A stretch of 62,270 bases of DNA, filler included, from Rhabdomonas costata (taxonomy: Eukaryota): assembly GCA_019059605.1 (NCBI GenBank). It is 15 parts of 15 records of this genome, joined end to end, with 100 filler letters (N's around TTAATTAATTAA, not from the genome) between each part and the next. Parts side by side here need not be neighbours in the genome. Positions count along the whole stretch, not along the records: positions 37,497 to 41,561 come from JAHMHO010000388.1; positions 41,662 to 45,704 come from JAHMHO010000389.1; positions 45,805 to 49,850 come from JAHMHO010000390.1; positions 49,951 to 53,990 come from JAHMHO010000391.1; 11 more parts are not named here. The stretch is one strand, 5' to 3'. Each line of letters starts with the position of its first letter. Position 1 is the first letter of the stretch. The translations under genes were made by a program, and so were the position numbers. The notes beneath the pieces are model-generated. The model did not search any database and had not been told where the DNA came from. It was given only the letters and a program-made list of their open reading frames with translations. Positions 39,899 through 50,406 of this stretch are shown one piece after another.

Positions 39899-40153
39899 AA
39901 AAAGGAGGACGGCAGATGCGCAGCGTAAACGGAAGGACAGACGGACGGATGATTTTTTGAATGGGCACCGATTACAGGTGCTGGAAAAGGCACCGGAGCG
40001 GTTGCTAATTTCTATAATCTGTTGANAAAAAGGAGGACGGCAGATGCGCAGCGTAAACGGAAGGACAGACGGACGGATGATTTTTTGAATGGGCACCGAT
40101 TACAGGTGCTGGAAAAGGCACCGGAGCGGTTGCTAATTTCTATAATCTGTTGA
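39899..40153. repeat. 127-bp duplication around a single N (k-mer overlap at a scaffold join)
   Basis: 39899-40025 equals 40027-40153, with N at 40026. Confidence 0.9.
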
Positions 40154-41078
40154 CATCTCTGCCCATACATCGACATCTTAGCGCACCAAAAAAAATTAAT
40201 TCTAGAGCTCAACAAACCAAGTGAACCATATAGAGAAGGGTTCAGACGTGGGGTTTACGCAGCGCAAATGTAACAATTCGATTTAATCCACCTATTCATC
40301 TTGACAACAAAACGAAATGTGAAGCATTGATGGGCCAAAAAGTCTGAAAGGAAACTGCAGTTTTAATCTTATACTGCTTCATTTACACACAATAAACTTC
40401 ATTACACATATAAAGGGAAAAGTTACACTAATAATGCTAGCTCCACCCGGAAACTGAGAGATTAGTCTGTAACGTTCCGAACAGAAGTCTTTTTACCCTG
40501 TTTTTATGCCGCTGGTGTAGTGTACGTGGAGATGAGCGCGATGAGCCCGTAGATGAGTTTTTGACCTGGGGGGGGGGCAAAGTACAGAGCTTTGCGCGCC
40601 GAAGGCGCGGGGATTTTTAGGAGTACCCAGTGATTTCAGACTTTAAGGTAAACAGAGCAAAGGCGAAGTTTCGGCCTAAAGAACAGTCTTTTTGAAGGTG
40701 ACATAGGCGTGTTTCGGGTGCACGGCGTGCACCTTAAACGCCAAGCATCAGCCGACACACTGGCTGCCCTGATTTAGTGCCGCTCGGCCCCAAACCCAGT
40801 GCTTGAACTGCTCCGAAAAAACAGTTTACGGTGGAGCCTGCTATCCACAAGGTACATATGCGTTGGCCGCAATAAATGATGAGATAAAAACACAGACGAA
40901 TCATATAGGAGAATGAACCCACAACACGTTGGAGGAGTGTCCGAAATCAACTGGCAAAACGAATTCAAGAAGGGTGGGCAAAAAAAGGAGAGTGTGGGCG
41001 AGCAAGTACGATGAGAAAGACGCTGGATACAACAGTAAGAACCAACGCACATAGCGGTAGGGAGTAAAAGGTCTGCAC

Positions 41079-41171
41079 CTTTTGTTGCAAGGACTCTTGC
41101 TCAAGCTGCAGGTCTGCCATAGCTTTCTGCGCGGCCTCAGCATTGGATTGTGAGCGCAGGCGATCGACCCC
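41079..41171 (-). CDS. IFT81: Probable IFT81 exon 4, in inverted orientation relative to exons 1-3
   Basis: 93-nt, phase 0-0 exon bounded by AG and GT, reading GVDRLRSQSNAEAAQKAMADLQLEQESLQQK; this fits the coiled coil that follows FKxxHK in IFT81. Confidence 0.6.
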
Positions 41172-41662
41172 CTGCAATCCCCCCAAAATGCAATCTGCAG
41201 CCAACACAGCGCCTTCGACCGCACAACGCAGCACGTGTGCTATGCGGCTCCGAATCACGATTGCGATGGAGTCCCTGCAATAGTGGGAACCTCTCTTGTG
41301 CTTGAAAACCACAAAAACCGAGGAGCCGAGAAGTCAAGGGGAAAAGAGGAAAAACATGCACCCTCCCCTCCTCCCTCCCGGGGGCCGAACTGGATCCAGC
41401 CACTCGCAACACTATCCCCAGTCACAAAAACCAAAGCTCAGTCCAGAAGCCTTTTTTGATTGGATTTCCATTTGCAAAATGCCTTATTTCAACCCTTCCC
41501 CACCAAGTGCCAATCGTTCTCTTCTCCTTTTTAATGTTGGTGACCTTTCCTTTCCAACACCNNNNNNNNNNNNNNNNNNNNNNNNNNNNNNNNNNNNNNN
41601 NNNNNTTAATTAATTAANNNNNNNNNNNNNNNNNNNNNNNNNNNNNNNNNNNNNNNNNNNNG

Positions 41663-41800
41663 GGGGTTGTCAGAAAAGTTGCCCGTGATCCCTTCGAGAA
41701 TGCTCGGGCTCGCTGCACGGCGGGGAACGGGCGGTACAACTCTGGTGCTGCGAGCCCGAGCATTCTCGAAGGGATCACGGGCAACTTTTCTGGCAACCCC
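41663..41800. mobile_element. MITE-like foldback element (56-bp inverted arms, 26-bp spacer)
   Basis: 41663-41718 is the reverse complement of 41745-41800 with 2 mismatches; termini GGGGTTG(T/C)CAG. Confidence 0.65.
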
Positions 41801-42331
41801 ATGAAATGAAGCGGAGTTCAATGAATCCGTAGAGAAGACAAGCGCAGACCGAACAAAATGCCGAATGGTGTGCAGAAGAAATCACAGATCCTTTGCTTGG
41901 AGAAGCAAGAAGGAACTGAAGAAAATTCAGCGCAGCAGCAAACCAAATGACAGCTGAACGGTGGATGGGCGGGAATATGAACCCCCTTTGCTCTGGACCA
42001 AAAACACGCATTTTATGACCTTACGCCCACTCTCTATCTATCTCTCCCCATCTTCTCACAGAAGTTCAGTCCAGTATTCTCAAACGCGAGTGAAAAACCA
42101 GGGGAGTGGTGAAGGAGAAGGAAGCTCAAGTTCTTTTTTCAAACCATGAAACCATGAGGGCCCATCACTAAGATGGTGACTCCCCTCCCCCTGGCATTCT
42201 ATTTTTTTGTCACCACCGGGCGAGGCCACACTGGGAACCTCCAGTACTTGCCGGGAGTCTCTATGTTCACGTTCCCTTGTTCCGTGCACGGAAGAAAATC
42301 CATCAATCTCCCTCCACTTTCTGCCCCATTC

Positions 42332-45103
42332 TCACCTGGGCCGAAATTCCTCCTGCTCCTCGTCCGCCTCCCCAAGCCGCGGCCTCTCCACGTGGCCATC
42401 TCTTTCAGGGTCCTCCCACCGATGACCCCCCGGGGGCCTTCGAGGGGAGGGTGGGGAATACCGCCTCGTCTCCGCAAGCTGCGCCCCGAAGTCGTCCTCT
42501 CTCCTCCCCCGCTCCTCGCCGTTGGCTTTGGCCCACGCACCCCCGCCCCAGGCGTCGCGGTCCCGCTCCCTGGGCTCTTCATCCTCCACGGGGTCGGTGT
42601 CGTACCCCAAGGGGCTCTCCTTTCGCGGGTTTGTCTTAGGGAAGTCGCCCTCTTCGGACTCCCCCTCGGTGTCACCCTCGGGTGCGCCCGTGGGGTTGGT
42701 CTCGTGGCGCCGCGGAACATATCCTGAGAATGAGCCCCATTAACGGTTGGTAACGATTACCAGTGGTAACAGAAAACTGAACTTCAAGAAAAAGGAGGGG
42801 TGCTTTGGCTGACATGCTGCTGAGACGGATGTCACTGCCCACGGGTTAGCTGCTGCTGCTGCTGCTGCCCTCCAGCTCGCCTTGCTGGCAGGGAGAAAAA
42901 GATAAGGTCAAACTCTGTTTCAAACTCTGCATCCGCACTATCGTATGTGTTTGCAAGTGATACAGCTCAAGAACTCAAATCAAACACTAATTGCCAAAAG
43001 GTGTCGAAGGATGGGGGTCCTGGTGACGCTGGGAGTAGCTCGGCACCCGTTGCAAAAATATGAAAATATGGGCGGTAACGAAAAGGCGGTCATTCGACGA
43101 AGGAAGGCTCAGAAGAGAAGCAATGCTTTGTAAAGTCGTAAACCCTCCGCTGCGTGCGGCAAGAAGTGGCGCAAAAGGGGAACGGAAGAGCCGCCAAGGG
43201 GCACCACAACAGGAGGTTGAAAGGCCTCAAAAATCTTGTCCCAAGGACCAGCCACGCAGCGTTTTGGGAGATCTGCTGTCCAAAAAAAGAGGGCTTGCTT
43301 CGACTTAGCCCTCTTCTAATACCAGTGAGGATGCAGGTAAAAAAAAAGCAGGAAAACGATGCTTAGCAAAATAATGGGTTGCGCGCGGGGATGCAAACAC
43401 CTAGGCAGTTCTTTGAGGCGATGTTGCCATGAAAGTTAACTCCGCAGATTGGAGCGCCGTCTGTGTCCAACTTGCACAGCAGCCCATTGACGTTCTTGAT
43501 CTCCACAGTGGTTCCCTCATTGTACTCAAAGGTAGTGTCCTGTGCCATGGGGAATCCCTCAAACCTCCCGAAAAAGAAGATGTAACAGATTCTGCATGGT
43601 TCTGTTTCCCTTTCCTCGTGGAAGAACGCACACGAGACCTCAAAATTCGGCTGTGTTGGTTCAGTATCGTTCACAAAGCAGGCCATAAGAACATGGCATG
43701 ACGTCGTTGACGTCGTATGACGGGGTCGTTGATGAGATCATTGCAAGAGGCTCCATCAAGCGCAATAAACCCAACTCATCGCATCGTCAGCAAAAACCAC
43801 ACGCAGCCTTGATGACTGCCTCCTGCCATGTGCACTGGACAACATGACAAGCGGAAATGCTTGCCCTATGGGTGGGGGACCAATGAAGTTCAAAATACGC
43901 ATGCTGTCCGATACCAGTCTATTCCAAGTTGCAGTCTTTATACCACACTTGCAAACACTCTCCTCTCATGTTTGTTCACCTTAAACTTGAACCGCAAGTC
44001 CTCACACACGGCCTTCAGCAGGCACTTCCCGTTGCACGGGCCTTCAATGACGACGACCTTTCGGCAGGTGTTGGCCCAATTCCCTGGGAGATTTATGTGA
44101 GCAACAACGCAATAAGTAAAGCAGAAATAAAGTAAAGATAAACAGTGGAGTAATTGCGTGCAAATGGCGCACATGCCTCTGGCCCAAAAATAAAAGGGAA
44201 GGCGGCACGGACGCAAAAGATGGGGGGCAGAGGGGCAACGAGCAGGCCTAGGGGCGTCGGACACTGAGCAATGTTCTCGTCATCGGGGCGGGCGTCGTCG
44301 TCATCCTTGCGCAGCGAGAGCTTGTGAGTCCAGTCCCGGCGAAAGTCGGCATCGGGAGCTTCCTTAACCAGGAAAACACAAAGAGAAACGCACCGCATAC
44401 TTCACACCCAAGCACCCGAAAATACCACGAAGTCGATCCGGCTACAGCTGGTTTGCAAAATTTCTGGACAAAACAAACTTCAGTTCGGCTCCCACGTTCG
44501 AATAGCCTTTTCTCGCCCATATCTAAAGAATGGGAGGTCAAAGACCCCATCGGTACTCCGCACGATGCTTCCAACCACGAGTTAACCACTACGACCCACA
44601 ATCCTACAATGCAGCTTCAAGCATAAACCCCGACCACGTCTGGTCATGACCTGAGGTCGCACACGTTGAGTGTCGCAAGGTTTCCTCAACACCACGCTGT
44701 TTATATATGGCATACATCGACCAAACATCCCTAGAGTTCGACTCCTCGGTCAACCCACCTGTCTCTGAATGGATTTCAGCTATTGCTCGTCCACCTGTAC
44801 CTGGGATAAACTATTCTGGGAATATCATGGACCGATTAATGGACCACCCCTTTCTTTCCTCTGGGGTCCTCAAGGGAAGACCCCCACGTCAAAAACGTCC
44901 TCAGAGCGAGCCCAGACCTCCGGAATGGTTCCCACAGTGGAGGCCGCTGCCACCCGGTCCTTGTTCAGGGAGTCCACCCCAATGAACAGCACCACTAGCA
45001 GCAGTCCAATCGCGGCGTAGGGCAGCACTGTCTGCAGGAAGTCCCACCGGCGGCTTCTCCGGCGAGCCATCATCGAAACCATGTACAGGTTGTTGCCGGC
45101 CAT
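42332..45103 (-). CDS. Type II membrane protein with a Cys-rich (possibly cyanovirin-N-like) domain and an acidic/Arg-rich tail
   Basis: MAGNNLY...RRRSRRW followed by a TM segment VLPYAAIGLLLVVLFIGV; exons NLPGNWANTCRKVVV...LLKAVCEDL and VEIKNVNGLLC; last exon is acidic and ends in TGA at 42332. Confidence 0.45.
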
Positions 45104-45807
45104 CGTTCGGGCCCTGCCGCCCACAGGCTCAGCGTAACCGGTCCTTTCCCTGCCTTCCTAAAAGAAAGAGGTCTCTCCCCTCCGACCGATGAGCCCCAGC
45201 CGAAAAAAAAAGCTTGAAACTGGAACGATAGGGGGGGGGACCTCGCAAAAGCGGCTATCAACCAGCCATCCTCTGAACGGGTCGTTTTCATCGGTTATTT
45301 GAAGGGACCAATTCAATTGAGTGAACGGCAGCTCCTGGACACAAACTGAGCACTCAGCAATGTGCACTCCAAGCTCTGCCTGATAGCCTGATGAAGTAAG
45401 ACTGACATACCCTTGCGGATAAAGAAACTTGCCAATCTACACATTCCCAGAGGAAACCATACATGTGCACACATGTGGAAAAAGTTCGCCCGTAAAAATC
45501 TCAGAGCACAAAGCGACAGTCGAAAAGAGCACAGATACCGCAGGAAATACGGGGGAAGCGGGATGGGCAGTCGAGAACAAGCCGGTGCTATTGCTACCCC
45601 GCAAACTCTGTGAACTTGGGGGGGGGGGCTGCTTCCGAAAGAGCACAAACACCCATTCCCAAACACCCATTTCCAAAATCCAAAAAAAGGGGGCCGAACG
45701 GACANNNNNNNNNNNNNNNNNNNNNNNNNNNNNNNNNNNNNNNNNNNNTTAATTAATTAANNNNNNNNNNNNNNNNNNNNNNNNNNNNNNNNNNNNNNNN
45801 NNNNGGG

Positions 45808-45963
45808 TTGGAGGCGATACCTTTTCTCTCGAGGCCGTGAATGCACCCCTCAGCGAGCAGAGCCACAATATCGTACATACGGAGGGACGGAGGGCGGGCA
45901 AGATGCACTTATCGCTTAAGAGGGGTCCAACCACGGCCTCGAGAGAAAAGGTATCGCCTCCAA
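45808..45963. mobile_element. MITE-like element with 32-bp perfect terminal inverted repeats, in an intron
   Basis: TTGGAGGCGATACCTTTTCTCTCGAGGCCGTG (45808-45839) is the exact reverse complement of 45932-45963. Confidence 0.65.
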
Positions 45964-45984
45964 AGCCACAGAAGCAAAACATAC

Positions 45985-47911
45985 CGCACTCTTGGGCCTG
46001 ACAGCTCTGGCTCTGGGTGTCACCATCGGCGTGGTCTCACGCCTTGCCTTGGCTGTTCGCTTGCTGGGTGATCCGGAAGGTGTCCGTCCGCACCCCGGGG
46101 CCGCACGTGGTGGAGCACTGGCCGGGGATGAAGAGGCCCTCGCAGTTCACCACGGGAATCCCCACTGCAGAAGCAAACGTGTGGAAGCGAAGAACTCTTT
46201 GATTGGAATCGCCTCGTCAGCTAGCCCACTGCAAAGGGAAACCGGATACGGCATTGGCACCACCATATTTCGCCGGCCCCCAAATAGGAAGAGTGGGGCT
46301 GTCGGAGCTGAAGCAAGGAACCAATCTTTGCACGCTTTTGGGGGAAATTTTTTCTACGACGTTTTAGCCGATATTTTTTTTTTGCAATTTTTTCAGCCAA
46401 TTTAACGTTCTTTTTTACGTTTTGACTTTTTCCTATGTTAGCCCAAAGTACAAAGGGTAACAAGGGGAAACAAAAAATTAAATGGCCCTAAATGGCCTCT
46501 AGCGTGGCTCTAAACAGAAGCATTCCGGCCCACTCCCGTGCCAGTATAAAGTACTCCTGGGCTCTACCCTTAGGGATGCTAAGCAGGCCCGGCCGCAAGC
46601 TTAGGATCAGTACGCAGGCCTGCAAAGGTCCGAAAAAAGCACCCCAGGCCCTGGAAAGATTTTTCAAGTCGAAAAAGACCTGAAAAGGTCCAAAATGGGA
46701 CCTTGAAAAAGCGTGGAGAAGGGAGCCCGAGGCCGGGAAGCGGCCAACACTCTAAGAAGCACTACCATCCCACCAAATATGAGCCTCAACCCGTTACTCT
46801 AGCTCGAGTTCTGAGGTCAATGTTAGGTCTCTGATGCAGTCCGGCTACCTAGTGTGAGGTTCCGGAGGTCCCATTGCACGACGAACAGTTATTTCACGTT
46901 TTTTTTTCTAAAAACGATATTTAGCGTTTTTTATCTATGTTCTTCGGTTTTTCGTTTCTTCTCGTTTCTTTTTAACGTTTTTTTTGCGCAAAAAAGTAGC
47001 CAACCCTTTTTGAAGTTATACGTACGCTCCGTGACATATTCGACAGTCTCGCCATAAGATATAATGGGAGTCAGTGTAGACTTGGCGGCTTGGAGCATAT
47101 TTATGGACCTGTTTCGGAGAAAGGGGTCCAAATAGGTCACACCACAGTTCTGAATCTGGCAGCTCACCATCTGGGTGTCACCATCGTCATGGTCGCACGG
47201 CCTGCCACCGCCGAACGCAGGTGTGATGACATGGAAGGTTTCCGTCCGCACCCCTGGGCCGCAGCTGGAGGAGCACTGGCCGGGTACAAACAGCCCCTCG
47301 CAGTTCACAACGGAAATCGCAGCTAAAAATGGGGAAGCGTGAGGACCGGAGAGAGAAGTCGCGTGCGCGCCCCGAGTACCCCATCCTTCCCACTTCATCA
47401 CCCAGCTCAACAGCACCAGCAAGCTTCCCACATCCCGTGGACATCCAGCTACAGCACCCAACAGAACCAAAGCCGTCACGAGCGCGGAGTCATTGTGTTA
47501 CTGGAAAGCTCTTCAAAAGGACCAACCCTGCCTGAACGGCGGGCTGACAGGAGTGGGGTATCATACCGCAATCTTGAATCTGGCAGCTCAGCGTCTGCGT
47601 TTCCCCGTCTAAATGAGCGCACGCCGCACCCCCGCCGAAGGCAGGCGTGGTGATCTGGAAGACTTCCGTCCGCACCCCGGGGCCGCAGCTGGCGGAGCAT
47701 TGACCGGGAACAAACAACCCCTTGCAGTTCACGACGGCGATCGTCACTGGCACTGTGTGTGTGTGTGTGTGTGTGTGTCTGTATGTGGATGGGCCCTCAA
47801 TGCTACGCACGACATGGTCTTCAGCACGGACAGCAGCACCGCCAACGCGCCAACAACAAAGCAGAACTTGAAGCACAAGTACACGCCCCAGCACACCGCG
47901 CCAAGGCGCAT
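45985..47911 (-). CDS. Thrombospondin type-1 (spondin-like) repeat protein, 3' partial; third repeat has an in-frame TGA
   Basis: Three 180-nt phase-1 exons (47746-47567, 47322-47143, 46164-45985), each VVNCxGLFxPGQCSxxCGPGVRTxxFxxxxxAxxxGxxCxHxDGxTQxxSCQxQxC. A hydrophobic leader starts at ATG 47911; its splice donor is unresolved. Confidence 0.75.
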
Positions 47912-50406
47912 TGTGCGCTGGCTGTTGCCTGGTTGACGGGTTGCTTGGTTGTTGGCGACCACCGTCGACTGAAGGGCGTAAGCGATGTTGGCCACCGTGC
48001 TCGCGAGAGGTGCCGTTGGAGCGAACGGTGCCGTGGGGAACCGAAACCGGCTCACCACCGAACGTTCCACATCTGGTAACCTCCCTTCAGCCCCACGGGT
48101 CCCGGGCCTTTGTCGCGCAGCTGCTCTTGTCCAGCGGCTACCTGCATTGCTCCATTGCTGCTCAGGTCTCTCCACACTCCTTCCTTGGGGGGCTGGGGTC
48201 TTTTCTCGCGGGAACGACCCTTGGAGCTTTTCTTTTGAGTGTAATCATTTTTTCGGTTGTCGCGACCTGTTGACGTTGTGCTTTTTGTGATCTTTCTTTT
48301 GTGGGTTGGCAACTGCCTTCTCGCAGCAACCCTGAAAATGGATGGGTGAACGGGCGGCACCGGTATCTACAGGCGTTGCCGTGCCAGTACTCACTCTTTA
48401 GTTGTGTTGAGGGCTATTCCTGCCCTCTTCCGCTGAGCCTCCTGTTCCTGTAGGGTTCCCTCACGGGAAACTTAGCTTGGATAGTGGATTGAGCCACGAT
48501 CAACTCAAAAAAGGAACAAGGGACAAGCATCACACCACAGGTGAAGTTGGTGGAGGAGCCGCACGACACAAAGCCCGCCGGGGTGCAGGTCAGGCCCGTG
48601 GTGGGGGAGACGTAGAACAGCGGAAAGAAGGTGCCCAGCAGAGGGGTGCCCTCCCAACATCCTACGGATAGTCCACCAACGATAAAAAAGAGTTAGGTAA
48701 AAAGCGTATGACCCACCGGCTGAGCTGGAGGAGGGATCGTGTTGTAAGTGCAGCGATTCCATTTCACAAATAACAAACATTTTCAAACTGCGCTCCTGTT
48801 GAGAACATAAAGAAAAGGTAAACAAGGACGTCGTTACAGCACAACATTAAGGCCTGCATGTTTGGAAAGGTGCAGGACTCACCCAACAAAACCCAACAAA
48901 TGTCATTCGGTGGAAAAAAGTTGAGCACACCCAGGCAGGGATTGGTCCCCGTTCCACAATCAGTGCAGTGCCTGAAAAAAAACACCACAATTCGCCACGC
49001 TCCAGAGATACACGATCTTTTAGGACCTTTTTAGGACCCAAGATAAAAAACGTCGGATCGTTTCAGACTGTGGGAAACACTCTGGCTTTCGTAAGAAGTT
49101 ATGGCGTTGTCTTTAGAGAAGGCAGAGTTCGGGGTGACACAGCGCGGGTGCTCGAGTGAGAACGGATGCCAAAGCATGGGAGGCATTGGGAGGGGTAACA
49201 GGGAGGACGAACCAGGAGAGAGAGAGAGAGAAACTCGACAGAAATTCGAATTTGAACCTGTCGTTGGCCTGACTGCACTGAAGTGAGTTGCTGCTGGTGT
49301 TAGCGGAGTAGCTTGACGCGCAGGGGCACCCAATGCAGGTCTGCAGAATCGTGTGCCTGTGAGGCAAAGTGGAAACGAGGTTGTAGGGTGCGCAAGCAGG
49401 TGCAAAAAAAACGACTGGAAAGACATGGAAATAGAGTGAGAAACCCGTGAAGAATACGACTGGTGACAAAATGGACCGAAGATCGAGGGAAATGATAGAA
49501 GAGTGGAGGAGCATCAACAGCGCTACTTATCACCTGTATTTCCAGCAGTCGCACGTCCCAGTTGGACACTGCCCCTTGGCTTCCCGGGGCAGACACTCAC
49601 AATCTGCAAAAAGAAAGGAATTGTGGATGGGCATGCTGAACCAATGCAGAAACGCAAAGGATGCGAAGCAAACAGTAACGAAGAAAAAGCCGCATACTTG
49701 AGGCGCTCTGGCACGGAGTGGTGTCTTCGCAGGGGCACACTGACAACAACAACACAAACACAGAGGCCTCACAGAGCAATGAGACAGCAGCAACGAGGAC
49801 ACAATGCCATGAGAGGTGATTTGCACCCCGCGGAGGTCCCCCCCCCCAACNNNNNNNNNNNNNNNNNNNNNNNNNNNNNNNNNNNNNNNNNNNNTTAATT
49901 AATTAANNNNNNNNNNNNNNNNNNNNNNNNNNNNNNNNNNNNNNNNNNNNGTTGTGGGTGGGCAACCCTTCCGAGTTGAGTTGTGTACTGTTCAGTTCCC
50001 TTACCACATATTCATACGCACAGACACATCCGCCCTTCTCACACCTAAGTGTTACAGAGCTCAACTGCCAGAAGAAAATGTAAGATGAAACTCCTCAAAC
50101 CCTTTGGTTGGGAAAGAAATTCTTGTTAAGGCAGGGGAAATTTTGAACCTTCTCCGTCTGATTCCTGGTTGAGTCCTTTCCTTCATCTGGGGTCGGGTGG
50201 GAAGTTTCGGTGAGGCCATCACCGCCGTCTAAGTGATGTGCCGGGCCTTTTTGCAGGTCTTCTGTTTACTCCGAAAAACGTCGGACCCCAACCACTGCAG
50301 TTGCGGTGTTAGTTATGTTCAGAGACTGGCTGTCATTCAGCTCTTGACCTCACGAACCGAAGGATTTCCAAGCGCGGGCTATTGAGGCGCGCGGGACTGG
50401 CCATAC

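Noticed and set aside
39899..40153. 127-bp tandem repeat as a real duplication
   Set aside because: Exact copy around one N, and the same length as the terminal overlap of contig 14, consistent with the assembler k-mer.
40560..40745. Small hairpins (GCGCCGAAGGCGC, GGTGCACGGCGTGCACC) suggestive of hAT-type MITE ends
   Set aside because: Too short to define element boundaries or a target-site duplication.
42945..43320. Possible Mutator-like transposase remnant
   Set aside because: Only a vague basic/Cys pattern; no catalytic motif or terminal repeats found.
48500..49620. Cys-rich minus-strand exon candidates upstream of the TSP1 gene
   Set aside because: Could not be assembled into a phase-consistent model or assigned to a family.
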